From positions 1 through 64,000 of the IMG/VR virus record IMGVR_UViG_3300021963_000083: a DNA stretch of 64,000 nt. The stretch is one strand, 5' to 3'. The translations under genes and the position numbers were made by a program. The notes under the pieces were generated by a model. That model ran no database searches and was not told the origin of the DNA. It saw nothing but the letters and a program-made list of their open reading frames with translations. Numbering within the stretch: the stretch's first letter is position 1; each line of letters begins with the position of its first letter. The DNA is from a virus. This document shows, piece by piece, positions 35,224 to 46,600 of this stretch.

Positions 35224-37188
35224 ATGGTTAGTACCCGCGCACAAATTATTACAAGACGTACATATAATCGCCCACTTAATGAAGAGGGCACAGAATTTGA
35301 AACATGGGCACAAACAGTAGCACGAGTTATTGACCATCAAGAATGGCTGTGGACACGAGCCGTAAATGGTCGTGAACTAACTGATATTGAATACGCAGAA
35401 CTGTACGACCTAGAGCGACTTATGCTAGAGCGTAAGGTATCTATGTCGGGCCGCACACTATGGCTCGGAGGAACTAAGGTTGCTAAGACTCGTGAAGCTA
35501 GTCAGTTTAACTGTAGCTTTACAGAAGTAGAAACAGCATACGATGTAGTTGACTGTCTATGGCTACTTCTACAAGGCTGTGGCGTTGGCTTCAAGCCTGT
35601 AATCGGTACTCTTAATGGCTTCTCAAAGCCTATTAGAAATATCGAAGTTGTTCGCAGCACCCGCACAGAAAAGGGAGGCAAGGAATACAATGAAGAATTT
35701 TGGGACGAAGAATCAAAAATCTGGGTCATCAAAGTTGGTGACAGCGCCGAAGCATGGGCAAAGTCCATTGGAAAGTTACTCGCGGGTAAGTACCCAGCCA
35801 ACACACTGGTACTGGACTTCTCGGAGCTACGTCCTGCAGGAGAACGACTAAAAGGTTACGGCTGGATTAGTAGTGGTGATACTGCGATCTCCAAGGCATA
35901 TCTAGCTATTGCTAATATCCTTAATGGCCGCGCTGACTCGCTTCTAACCCGTATGGACATTCTAGATATTGTCAACTGGCTTGGCACTATTCTAAGTTCA
36001 CGTCGTAGTGCTGAAATCGCACTATTCGAGTATGGACAGCCTGAATGGGAAGAATTCGCTGTAGCTAAGAAAGACTTCTGGCTCTATGACCGTGCACATC
36101 GCACTCAGTCAAACAATAGCTTAGTATTCAACGATAAGCCTACTCGCCAAGAACTATCAGATATCTTTGCACTAATGCAAGAAGCTGGCGGTTCTGAGCC
36201 TGGCTTTATTAACGCCGTAGAAGCACGTCGTCGTGCTCCTTGGTTCAAGGGTTGCAACCCTTGTGTAGAAATTTTATTAGGAAACAAAAGTTTCTGTAAC
36301 TTAACGGAGATTGACATTGGAAAATTCAAAGGCGATACAGCCGGACTGCATTATGCAGTTAGACTTGCATCAAGGGCTAACTACAGACAAACATGCGTTA
36401 ACTTGCGCGACGGTATCCTTCAAGAAGCTTGGCACCTCAACAACTACTTCCTTAGATTGTGTGGTGTGGGACTTACCGGGATCGCTAAGCGCCCCGACAT
36501 GGATTCCTACGCATACGAATACTTAAGCCGTACCGCTACAGCTAGTGCTGTTTCAATGGCCGAAGAGCTGGGTCTTCCATATCCAAAGAATGTTACTTGC
36601 GTTAAGCCAAGTGGCACTTTATCGAAGATTATGGATACGACCGAGGGTGTGCATAAGCCACTAGGTAAGTATATTTTCAACAATGTTACTTTTAGTAAGT
36701 ATGATCCTATTATTGATAAGCTTCGTGAGGCTAAGTACGTTGTTGTAAATCACCCGACAGATCCAGATGGCGTACTAGTAACCTTCCCTGTTGCTTATGA
36801 GGATGTTCCGTTTGATAATTTCAACGGAATGGAAGTTAACTTGGAGTCAGCTCTTGCACAGCTTGAGCGCTATAAGCTGCTTCAGACTAGCTGGACTCAG
36901 CAGAACACTTCGGTAACTATCAGCTATGACCCTACGGAAATTGATGATATTATTGACTGGCTTCTAGCTAACTGGGATATTTATGTAGGAGTTAGCTTCC
37001 TATATAGGAATGACCCAACTAAAACTGCCAAGGATCTCGGTTATCTATATCTTCCACAAGAAGTAGTAACCAAGGAAACCTACGACAAATATGTATCTAC
37101 ACTACTTCCAGTAAGTCTTGAGAATACTGAGAGTTTTGAAGAGCTTGTTCAGGATGATTGCGCTACTGGCGCTTGTCCAATCAAGTAA
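35224..37188 (+). CDS. nrdJ: class II (cobalamin-dependent) monomeric ribonucleotide reductase
   Basis: GRTLW, FNCSF, EPG, NPCVEI, FCNL, TCVKPSGT, C-terminal CATGAC. Confidence 0.93.
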   Translation: MVSTRAQIITRRTYNRPLNEEGTEFETWAQTVARVIDHQEWLWTRAVNGRELTDIEYAELYDLERLMLERKVSMSGRTLWLGGTKVAKTREASQFNCSFTEVETAYDVVDCLWLLLQGCGVGFKPVIGTLNGFSKPIRNIEVVRSTRTEKGGKEYNEEFWDEESKIWVIKVGDSAEAWAKSIGKLLAGKYPANTLVLDFSELRPAGERLKGYGWISSGDTAISKAYLAIANILNGRADSLLTRMDILDIVNWLGTILSSRRSAEIALFEYGQPEWEEFAVAKKDFWLYDRAHRTQSNNSLVFNDKPTRQELSDIFALMQEAGGSEPGFINAVEARRRAPWFKGCNPCVEILLGNKSFCNLTEIDIGKFKGDTAGLHYAVRLASRANYRQTCVNLRDGILQEAWHLNNYFLRLCGVGLTGIAKRPDMDSYAYEYLSRTATASAVSMAEELGLPYPKNVTCVKPSGTLSKIMDTTEGVHKPLGKYIFNNVTFSKYDPIIDKLREAKYVVVNHPTDPDGVLVTFPVAYEDVPFDNFNGMEVNLESALAQLERYKLLQTSWTQQNTSVTISYDPTEIDDIIDWLLANWDIYVGVSFLYRNDPTKTAKDLGYLYLPQEVVTKETYDKYVSTLLPVSLENTESFEELVQDDCATGACPIK

Positions 37189-37190
37189 AG

Positions 37191-37230
37191 AAAAAGCCCC
37201 GCTAGAGCGATCTAGCGGGGCTATTTTTTT
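37191..37230. terminator. bidirectional terminator between convergent modules
   Basis: AAAAAGCCCCGCTAGA-GCGA-TCTAGCGGGGCT-ATTTTTTT. Confidence 0.9.
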
Positions 37231-37906
37231 AATAATTAGTAACATCTATGGCAATTAGCCCACCATTATATACAGGTCCGCTGCTAGATAATCTCTCCCC
37301 TCTTATGCTCGAGAATTGGGCACTAACTCCCCCAGAGTATGTTCTTATAACAGGGAAAATCTTTACATCTGGTGCAGCCTTAGTAGGTGCTACAGCTGTA
37401 TTATATACCGAACCATAGAGCAAGAAAGCAAACCTTCTATCTGTTGGTAAAGAATAATTCTGAGTAGTACTTAAAGTTGTTATTGGTATAGTTGAAAAAG
37501 ACCTCATTAGTTTTGGATAATTACTGCTAAAAGCTACTCCGCCAGTACTATTATATATTTCTATACCGTATCCGGATGTAGATGGCGACAAAGAAGTATA
37601 TTTTTTAAATAACCAATATTTAACGGTGGTCTGTGTACTTAGCTCGTTACTAGTTATAGTTGTAGAAGTTGTACTTTGAGAGAATACAGCTTTAGGTATT
37701 ACGAGACCGTCTTCGGTAGCAACACATATGGCATCGAAGGCGATAGGGTGAGATACAGTTACTACAGTACCCCTATTAATACTAGTGGATAGTGGAGATT
37801 TGGGCGGAACAATTATTGTGCCTGAGTATAGCATATAATAATTAGCTACTGAGTCGCTTATTTGTATATACCCATTGTCATTTTTAGATTCAAAACCGTA
37901 AGCCAT
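37229..37906 (-). CDS. tail tip/fibre-associated protein
   Basis: MAYGFE..N..G and SGYGIEIYN..G...FSS duplicated motif, typical of small genes after central tail fibres. Confidence 0.7.
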   Translation of the reverse strand: MAYGFESKNDNGYIQISDSVANYYMLYSGTIIVPPKSPLSTSINRGTVVTVSHPIAFDAICVATEDGLVIPKAVFSQSTTSTTITSNELSTQTTVKYWLFKKYTSLSPSTSGYGIEIYNSTGGVAFSSNYPKLMRSFSTIPITTLSTTQNYSLPTDRRFAFLLYGSVYNTAVAPTKAAPDVKIFPVIRTYSGGVSAQFSSIRGERLSSSGPVYNGGLIAIDVTNY

Positions 37907-37910
37907 ATTA

Positions 37911-40658
37911 TCACCTATAATCCATTAAATTTATTGTAGCCAAGAACCCGGATCCTCCGGATACAACTAGTAGTTTATTTATATAATCTATACTAACACT
38001 TCCAACAGCGAGTGGGTCTGTTCCTGAGCTTAGTTCTATTACTTGAGCTACGGTATCGGATATTATGCTTGGTACACTTATTGAGGTGGAAGCAGTGACT
38101 GAGACTGAATACTTAACCTCTTTTACTGTATAAGTGCTCGTATCCATTACTATATTTCCATTTGAGTCAAGTATCTGCATACCATACGCGTTCGCAGGAG
38201 GATCAGTAACTAAAACCGTTGAGGTAGTTAATACTGTTCCTGAAGTAGACCCAGATCTTACTGCTAATGTATAAGTTTCTGTACCTTCCGTTAAAGCATC
38301 TGGTGAGGCTGTAATACTAAAGGTCCCTGTGTCAGAATTTACAGTGAAAGACCCACTAACCGCAGAAAAGTCAGCAGTTGTGGCCCCATTTAAAGTCCAA
38401 TATAAAGTAGTACCATTAGCCACTCCTACTGTTTCTAACACTAGAGGCATCGTACTTCCTTCATACATGCTTATAAAGTTTGGCGTAAGTGAGTAGTCAA
38501 ACCTCCGAGTAGTTACAGTAAAAGTATCTGATATAATTGCGCCTGTAGTTGTATAGATATATAATTGAGCACCTAGTGAAGTACTGTAGTTAGGGCTACT
38601 TGTGGCTCTAACTGTTATAGTATCATTATTTGTTACAGAACCGGGACTAGACGTATATGCTAGCCCGTTTTTACTGTACGTACCATTGTTAATAGTTACT
38701 GTGGCTGATAATCCAGTATTTAAACCTGATACAGTTATAGTATTGGAAGTATAAACCGTACTAAAAGCTGCATTGGTTATATCATCAAAGGTGAACTGAT
38801 TTACTTGATTTCCAGAAGAAAATGTAGTTACTGAGAAAGTATCAGACAGAGTGCCAATAGTAACTACACAATTAACTGTAGTACCAGCACTAGCACTACT
38901 TGTCACTCTTGCAGAGACAACTATAGAACCCAAGGCATCTGTAGTTACCGTTTTACTAGTAGCGAAAGTGCCTGATAGAGCTGAGGTACCAGCATCTACT
39001 GTTCCACCACTTGCTGTTACGGTTATACTATAATTTGGCTGTAATCCAGTAATAGTTACATTGTCAGTAGTATATACTGTATTAGTTGTGGCCCCGCCAA
39101 CATCAGTGAAGCTAAATGCATCAGGTGTAGTATCACTAACGAAAGCCAGTGTAGTACTGGTAAAAATATCTGATACTCCACCAATTGTTAGTGTAGTATT
39201 AGTAGCCGTACTATTACTTGCTGAACTAGTATGCCTTACTGATACTGTCTGACCGTTGGTTACTGTTCCGGATGTTGAAGTATAGGCGCCACCATTAATA
39301 CTATATGTACCGCCACTGATAGATATGGCTGATGCCGCATTAATACCAGATACCGTTATAGTATTGGATGTTATAGTATCATTTAATGCGACGTTAGTTT
39401 GGTCAGTAAACGTGAAAGCATCTGGGGTAGTATCAGCAACAAAAGCTAGCGTAGTGCTTGTGAAAGTATCTGATACGCCACCAATAGTTAGTGTTGTATT
39501 AGTAGCTGTACTATTGCTTGCTGAACTTGTATGTCGTACTGAGACTGTCTGACCGTTTGTAATGGTCCCAGATGTGGCAGTATACGCTCCACCATTTATA
39601 CTGTACGTGCCTCCACTGATAGATATAGCCGAAGCTGCACTTATGCCGGAGACAGTGATAGTATTAGAAGTAATTGTGCTACTTAAGGCAACGTTAGTTT
39701 GATCAGTGAATGTAAATGCATCAGGCGTAGTATCTGCTGGTGATGTACTAGTATCATTTATTGTTATGGCTGAACTAGCTAGAACTGTGCCCGATACTGA
39801 ACCACTTCTAATATAAACAGTTAAAGACTCAGGATTACTTTCTGTAAGAGAGTCTGCCGATATAGTAAAATTAAATAGTCCAAAAGTTGAACTGACAGCA
39901 AAGCTACCGTCGACAGGAGATACCAAGTCGGAACCACTAGAAGTATTCCAATAATATGTACCATCGGGGGCTGTAGTAGATAGAAAGGCGTATACAAGTT
40001 CGCCTTCGTTGAAGTTGGTTCTTACACTAGCAAAAGACGAGTCATAAAAGTTTAAAGTATACGTTGCTGCTGCGGCCGTAGTACTAGTGAATGTATCTGA
40101 TACGCCACCAATAGTTAGTGTTGTATTAACAGCCGTGTTGTTGCTTCCGGAGCTAGTATGCGCTACTGATACGGTCTGGCCATTTGTAACTGTACCGGAG
40201 GAGCTTGTGTAAGCCCCTCCGTTTATACTGTAAGTACCTCCAGAGATAGATATAGCCGAAGCAGCATTTATGCCAGATACTGTTATAGTGTTGGATATAA
40301 TAGTACTATTTAAAGCTACTCCAGTTTGGTCAGTAAAAGTGAACGCATCTGGAGTTGTGTCAGATGCGCCACTACTTATAGTTCCACTTAGTACACTAGA
40401 GTACCATATGGCTTGCTCTGTATCACGAGTACGAAACGTAACAGAATAGCTTGTAGCACCCGATATGGGAGTAAGAGTAGTAGTCGATCCGTCTGACCCA
40501 GTAGTAAAGTTTAAAGTACAGCCAGTAGGACTTAGGGATAGCCAGGTACCAGTAGTACCAAAGGTAGTACCAACGGTTACTAGTATAGTATCTGTGGGGC
40601 TTATATTTTGAACGACATTTGGATCGCCACATTCTACGAATACTGAATAAGTTGTCAT
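37911..40658 (-). CDS. tail appendage with tandem Ig-like beta repeats
   Basis: ~100-aa DTTPDAFTFTD repeats, two Calx-beta-like units, C-terminal AYGMQILDSNG domain. Confidence 0.8.
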   Translation of the reverse strand: MTTYSVFVECGDPNVVQNISPTDTILVTVGTTFGTTGTWLSLSPTGCTLNFTTGSDGSTTTLTPISGATSYSVTFRTRDTEQAIWYSSVLSGTISSGASDTTPDAFTFTDQTGVALNSTIISNTITVSGINAASAISISGGTYSINGGAYTSSSGTVTNGQTVSVAHTSSGSNNTAVNTTLTIGGVSDTFTSTTAAAATYTLNFYDSSFASVRTNFNEGELVYAFLSTTAPDGTYYWNTSSGSDLVSPVDGSFAVSSTFGLFNFTISADSLTESNPESLTVYIRSGSVSGTVLASSAITINDTSTSPADTTPDAFTFTDQTNVALSSTITSNTITVSGISAASAISISGGTYSINGGAYTATSGTITNGQTVSVRHTSSASNSTATNTTLTIGGVSDTFTSTTLAFVADTTPDAFTFTDQTNVALNDTITSNTITVSGINAASAISISGGTYSINGGAYTSTSGTVTNGQTVSVRHTSSASNSTATNTTLTIGGVSDIFTSTTLAFVSDTTPDAFSFTDVGGATTNTVYTTDNVTITGLQPNYSITVTASGGTVDAGTSALSGTFATSKTVTTDALGSIVVSARVTSSASAGTTVNCVVTIGTLSDTFSVTTFSSGNQVNQFTFDDITNAAFSTVYTSNTITVSGLNTGLSATVTINNGTYSKNGLAYTSSPGSVTNNDTITVRATSSPNYSTSLGAQLYIYTTTGAIISDTFTVTTRRFDYSLTPNFISMYEGSTMPLVLETVGVANGTTLYWTLNGATTADFSAVSGSFTVNSDTGTFSITASPDALTEGTETYTLAVRSGSTSGTVLTTSTVLVTDPPANAYGMQILDSNGNIVMDTSTYTVKEVKYSVSVTASTSISVPSIISDTVAQVIELSSGTDPLAVGSVSIDYINKLLVVSGGSGFLATINLMDYR
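39151..40361 (-). repeat. three near-identical ~285-300 bp coding repeats
   Basis: Copies at ~39151-39434, ~39451-39734 (300-nt period) and ~40078-40361. Confidence 0.9.
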
Positions 40659-43636
40659 GCCGCTAGATTTCCTATCTTCACTCTAAGGTTCGCACCTTCA
40701 AAGATTTTTATAACTTGACCATCCATCTCTATTCTAGACAGAGAAGTATTAGTAGATGTTCTTACACTAAAATTACTTGTGCCAGTAAGCGCTATACTTC
40801 CTATTTGTGCGGATCCAATCGCGGCGTTAGCAATAAAAGTGCTTGCATTACCTGCCGTAATCTGACCACTAATATTGGTTCCAAAAGTTGCACCATACGT
40901 AGCATTGAGATCACCAGTGTATCCGAGACCTCCAATAGTAACCTGACCACTACCCCCTCCACTTAGAGTACCATTGTTATTAATACTAATATTGGAGTTA
41001 TTGATTGAAGAGGCCGCAGTAGTACTAGAAATTACTATCTCACCACTGGTATTTCTTATCTGGAATCCTACTGTGTTTGCATCTACGTAACCTAATTTAA
41101 TTAAATCGTAAGTGCCGTTACTTACAGTAAGAGTACCTTTGCCTGCACCTTGTTCGGCACCATTTATTCTAAAGTTTGTACCGCCGACATATAGTCTATT
41201 ACCAATTACACTATCGGCTTTAAATCTATCAGCGTTTACAGTACCAGTAGTAATTTGACTTCCGTCAATTATGGTTCTGCCGTAATTTGCTACAAAGTCT
41301 ACGCCACCTCTATATGTGGCAAATACTATGTTGTCAGCACCGTATGCTGTACCTGTAGCGGTACTAGACTGAAGCGTAGTATTTGGAGTCGTGTCGTTTT
41401 TTACCCAGTAAATATATAATGTGCCTGAGGACCAAGTAGTATTACCTGCTGCAATATTAACTACTAATATTGCACCGTCATCTTTGGTATATGTTATAGT
41501 ACCTGCGGTCCAGCTTAAAGTATTAGTGGCTTCATTTGCTTGAAACTGAATACCTGCTATATCTACGCCACGCATACCTATCTGTAGCTTATTAGCTGAA
41601 ACGGTATTCGTAGCAAGAGACCCACCCTCTATCTTGGTAGCATCACTGCCATTTCTCCAATTAGCGAGAGTTGTTGATCCACTTATAAGAATCTTACCAG
41701 GATCAATAGTAGTTGCTCCAGCGTTAATTCTTGTAGTAGGATTAGTAGCACCTGTAGCGGCATCAGTCTGTACGGTTCCTATGCTTACACCAGTTGCCCC
41801 TACTGTGATAGTGCCCGGAAGACTTGTGGTAGTGTTAAATCTATCTCCAGTTAAGCTCCCTGCTTGTACTCTATCAGCAGTTATAGATCCTACTACAATA
41901 TCTGAAGTTCCGACTGCTGCTGGAATAGCGGCTGATCTAACTACTGTGAAAGTTAATCCAGTAATCGAACCAACACCTGTTGTTAATGTAGTACCATTAG
42001 CAGCTACTAGAGTGGCTGTAGTGGATCCATTAGTAGCACTTACTACATAGTTAGTACCACTAGTATATCCAGAAATAGTGGCACCTCCTAGAGTACCAGT
42101 GATCGTCACAACATTACCTAGACTTAGTGGAGTAGAATTTCCTGTGAATGTAAATACTCCACCAGCTGCTACAGTTACTGAGGATTGATTGGTGGCCGCG
42201 CTATTTGTTGATGTGAACGCTGAAATATTGTTTGAAGTATCTACTGACTTTAAGAAGTAATAATAAGTAGTACCATTTGCTACGCCTGATCTAGTAAATC
42301 CGCCAGGGGCACCTTTTACAGCGTTAACTGTAGCTATTTTAGTAGCTGAAGCAGAGTTATTAGTTGTTGCTTCCCATATTTCTACAGCTGCTAAATCTGT
42401 ATCCGTAGCTCCATCAGTATTTGTCCAAGATAAGAATATATTCTTAAAAGTAGCTATAGCAGTTAGTGTCGTAGGTATTCCAGGTGCTACACTATCTGTG
42501 CCGGATATAAGGGCAACCGGGGCAGAATATGCACCTTTATTGTCACTCTTATCGGCAGCTCTCACTCTTACAGTATAGCTTGTACCTGCTGTTACTGGCC
42601 ATTCGTAAGAGTTAGTAGCAGTCTGATAACCAATGTAAGTAGCGTCTCCTGCGGCTGTTAGTTTTATCTCTGGTTCATAGTAGGATAGATCCGCCTCAGT
42701 ATTAGCCGTCCAAGTTGCTTTAAGTTTAACTTGAATACTTCCACCAGCCAGAGTCTCAGTACTCGTAGTAAGAGTTAATCCAGCTACTTGTCCTGGTGGG
42801 GTAGTGTCTACTACTGCTCCAATTAAGCGAGTAAACGTCTGTACAACAGAAGTAGTAAATACTACGCCAGAGCTATTTTTACCACTAATATTATAAGTAA
42901 TACTAGCTGTAGCTGCTGATATAGCGCTATGGTCATTTATTATAGCATAAGATGCTGAGTCAACAGCCGTAGTCCCGGCAGTTATACCACTAGCCACGAC
43001 TGATAATATTTTCCAAGTACCTGAGGAAGTGCCTACACCATCATACTCTAGAGTAGTTAACCCCTCTATTACTGATATATTTGTACCTGAATTTGTGTAG
43101 ATTCCATTATTACCATTACTGTCAGTCATGATATTAACGGTTGGTCTACTTAAACTTACTAGTATAGGAGATACGCCTGAGGTTCCGTCTGCTCCCTTAA
43201 ATCTAGACCATACGTAGTCGACATAACTATTACTTTCAACAGCCGATGTTTTATTAACAGCTATACCTATATACGCTCTTGTTATACCTCCGGAATCATA
43301 TGTTCCAGTAGTAAAGTCTGTGGCTCCGTCCGCACTATTAGCATAGGCTATCCACACGAAAGTCTGAGTAGTCTGTGTACCTACTAACTCCCAATATGCG
43401 TTAGATATTGTAGGAAGTGTTGGAGGCGGATTACCAGAGGAAGAAGTATTATTTATGTATACCCATATTGAATTCTGGTCATATGCAAGATCACCCTTTT
43501 TATAGGTTACTCCTGCAGCATAGTTAGTTGCTTGTGCAAATAACTCTGCAAAAGACGTTGACGTAAGATCAATTAGGGAGGTGCCTAAGACACCTCCCGT
43601 AACATTCTCTGGATGATAAATAGAGTTAAAGATCAT
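40655..43636 (-). CDS. central straight fibre (T5 pb4-like) with FnIII domains
   Basis: DTTPP..V.GL...W...E.DL..Y FnIII units, C-terminal RVKIGNL; synteny after the hub. Confidence 0.8.
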   Translation of the reverse strand: MIFNSIYHPENVTGGVLGTSLIDLTSTSFAELFAQATNYAAGVTYKKGDLAYDQNSIWVYINNTSSSGNPPPTLPTISNAYWELVGTQTTQTFVWIAYANSADGATDFTTGTYDSGGITRAYIGIAVNKTSAVESNSYVDYVWSRFKGADGTSGVSPILVSLSRPTVNIMTDSNGNNGIYTNSGTNISVIEGLTTLEYDGVGTSSGTWKILSVVASGITAGTTAVDSASYAIINDHSAISAATASITYNISGKNSSGVVFTTSVVQTFTRLIGAVVDTTPPGQVAGLTLTTSTETLAGGSIQVKLKATWTANTEADLSYYEPEIKLTAAGDATYIGYQTATNSYEWPVTAGTSYTVRVRAADKSDNKGAYSAPVALISGTDSVAPGIPTTLTAIATFKNIFLSWTNTDGATDTDLAAVEIWEATTNNSASATKIATVNAVKGAPGGFTRSGVANGTTYYYFLKSVDTSNNISAFTSTNSAATNQSSVTVAAGGVFTFTGNSTPLSLGNVVTITGTLGGATISGYTSGTNYVVSATNGSTTATLVAANGTTLTTGVGSITGLTFTVVRSAAIPAAVGTSDIVVGSITADRVQAGSLTGDRFNTTTSLPGTITVGATGVSIGTVQTDAATGATNPTTRINAGATTIDPGKILISGSTTLANWRNGSDATKIEGGSLATNTVSANKLQIGMRGVDIAGIQFQANEATNTLSWTAGTITYTKDDGAILVVNIAAGNTTWSSGTLYIYWVKNDTTPNTTLQSSTATGTAYGADNIVFATYRGGVDFVANYGRTIIDGSQITTGTVNADRFKADSVIGNRLYVGGTNFRINGAEQGAGKGTLTVSNGTYDLIKLGYVDANTVGFQIRNTSGEIVISSTTAASSINNSNISINNNGTLSGGGSGQVTIGGLGYTGDLNATYGATFGTNISGQITAGNASTFIANAAIGSAQIGSIALTGTSNFSVRTSTNTSLSRIEMDGQVIKIFEGANLRVKIGNLAA

Positions 43637-46600
43637 TGTTGTGTTATCCTATATCTTACCCAGTAGTACTGATTAATACTACTTACTCCCCCAGCCACTG
43701 GAGTTATTGAATCTACATATCGATTTTGTCCAGTTGCTACGGGAACTATAGCTATGATACTAGCAGTACTTAGATTGTTGGTTGTTGACCTCCAAATCTC
43801 AGTTACCATGTTTTCTATCCCTGTGTTGGAGTCATTTTGCCAAGTGAGAGTAATTTGATTATACTGATTAGTCGTTGCTACAAGCGAGGTAGGTCCAGAA
43901 GTACTTGGGTAAATTACTTTACCAGGATTTGTAGTTGCTCCTGTACCTTCTACTCTTTTAATGTTTGATAGAGTATAAAAACTATCATCATATTCTTTAG
44001 CTACAATGTCTACTAGTCCATCCGGTTGATAATTCACTGATTCTACTCGGAAGTTCTTTCCTGGAGCTGTCCAGTCATACCTAGGATAAATCACTTGTAT
44101 AATTGTACCCGCTAGTATCAAGAATCCGGAGGGCCTTATCGTCATACTAATACTTAGACCAAAACGAGACTTGTTTAAGAAACTATCGGCTAGTAATCTA
44201 GTATTATAGTAATTGGTTATTCCTGGTACGGATAGATTGCCTTTCTTGAATACATTCCTATCAGTTTTTAAATAATCGGAATTAAAGAAACTAACATTAC
44301 GAGCTTCGAACTTATTCGCTGGGTCAGCAAATGAGGCTGTTAATGAGTTGAAAGCGGATCTTGTACCCTCGTCGGATAGTTGAATCTTTCCAATTATATC
44401 ATCAACAGTAATAGTTCTTATATCTAGTTCCCAAGCATTTGATTCATTGTATCTATATCTTCTCTTGTCAGTAGTTAATAATACGCTTCTTCCAATATAA
44501 TTATTGCTAGATGGTAGCGAAGCAAAGGATTCATAGGAATCTATTTCCTCTACATCCAAAGAATACTTACCTGCGCTATATCTTAGTATACCACTAAAGT
44601 GGTCCAATAATGCATTCGTATTATCAAACAATGGTAGAGAAGTATCTAGGGTGATATTACACTGATTTCTAGTAACGTATCTCTGAGCATGTTCATCCCA
44701 TCCTGACATTCTCCAGTAATTTACGTCATCACAATCATAAATAGAATAACCTGATATAGATTGTCCATCTGCGTTTATTCCCTTAATAGGATTTCCAGAA
44801 GTAGTAGGGGATAATGTCGCGCTTCCAGTTCCAGATACTCTTGTAAGAATAAATGAAGTCAGGGTGCTAGTCATGCCTGAAGGTGCTGTGGTAGGGCTCG
44901 ACGCCCACGTATTATCTTGTGCTGTAGCATATACGCCCGCAGTATTAACTATAAATAGTGAGCCTGCGCTATTATATACTACTTCATTTTGTTTCCATGA
45001 TTTCCAAGAATTCCACTTATTGGTTAATTTACCTATAACATCAGTAAATTTAATATAAGAGCCTGAAATTGAGCTGACAGTACCCTGCCATAGTATATTG
45101 CCAGTAGCAGGATATTTATATACATCACCAACTACTGGAGTACCTGCTGATGTTAATACTGTTACATCGGATCTTGTATCACACTTTCTGGCGGATTCTG
45201 TAAAAGAAGGTAGAATTAGATCGTCTGTATAGTCTAATCCTTTGCCGTATGTTTGTGATGTTAGATAATCCAATGTTTGTATTGCTGGATTTATGCTTAC
45301 TCGTCTATCCGAATATTTAGGGTAGATTCTTACATAATCAGATGCAACTGGAATAAAGTCCCAAATGCCATCAATAGCTGCTACTTTGTTAGTGCCATCA
45401 TAAGCTGATATAACCCCTGATTGAGTAATTAGCTTTCCAGTACCCGCAATGTATCTGGTTATCTCTATATTATCGCCCACATAAAAAGTATTATCACTAC
45501 TTGCTGTATTAGGCAATTTTACAGTATTTTTAGATGCTATAAGTAATGTACCTGTTGTACCATTTATTGTCTTTCCGCTTGTACTTGCTAGTGCCGTTGC
45601 TTCTGATCCGTATGACGCTGAAGTATAGTAACTAACCAATGATGTACTAGTAGGTGTGGAGCTGCCTTCCATTATAGCATATGGGAATGTATTACTTCCA
45701 GTTATATTATCATATACTGAATTATTTAAATAAACTATTTGATAAGTCTTTGTTGCAGATGCAGGATAAGTCATATCGTTATTTGCAGTGTAATTAAAGG
45801 TTACATATGTTCCTGCTGTCGAAGGTGTAGAACTTAATCTGGCTACTATAGCTCCACCTAGAGTTACTCTATTTGCGCTATCTGAAAATTCTGAACCTAA
45901 CTTGTTATAGTTGAAAGTATTCATGGTCCAAGTATTGGTACCACTTTTCATATAGAACTTTTTAATAAGTGGTTTACCGTTTGAATCATACATAAGACTA
46001 GGTGGAGTACTAAATCTAAATCTAACATTCTCAGATCCGTCTGGATTATAGAAAGTCCACTTATCAATAATTTGTACGTTTGAATTCAATAAAGTCTCTG
46101 TTCCATCATAGTTAGTGCCAGTCTTATAGTATAGTGATACAGTCTGACCCAATACAAAGTTATCTGCAGATTCTCCAGTAACTTTATTATCATGAATATA
46201 ACTATAATCATAGTTATAGCAGTCTAACAGCTTTCCTCTCACTACTACATTCATTTCTGGAATAGTGGTTTCGCCCTCTTTAATGATGAACTTACCAACT
46301 ATATAAGCAGTGTCTAGTAGTCTGTGGTTTGGACCCCAGTATTCATAAGTATTGCTACCAGTCCAGTACGATTTTTGTATCTTGAATTTCTCTTCAAATG
46401 CTAGGCTTGATAGTTGAGCTGAGGCTTTCTGTCCTGGCTTGCCTGTAAATATATCTAGTGTTATTTCTTGTTGACTTGTTGGAGGAGCTAGTCTTAGCGA
46501 GTCTCCGTCTTTTAGTCCATATCCTGTTGGTGCTTGTGTAACTATTGGATTAGTACCTAAATAATTAAAGCCTCTCCATTCTGTAACATAGTTAGCTATA

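Noticed and set aside
24838-37188. Inteins or introns in pol, the helicases or nrdJ
   Set aside because: The ORFs are continuous, of ordinary length and lack splice-junction motifs.
37911-40658. Diversity-generating retroelement (TR/VR pair)
   Set aside because: The repeats are in-frame domain duplications with mostly synonymous differences, and there is no reverse transcriptase in the window.
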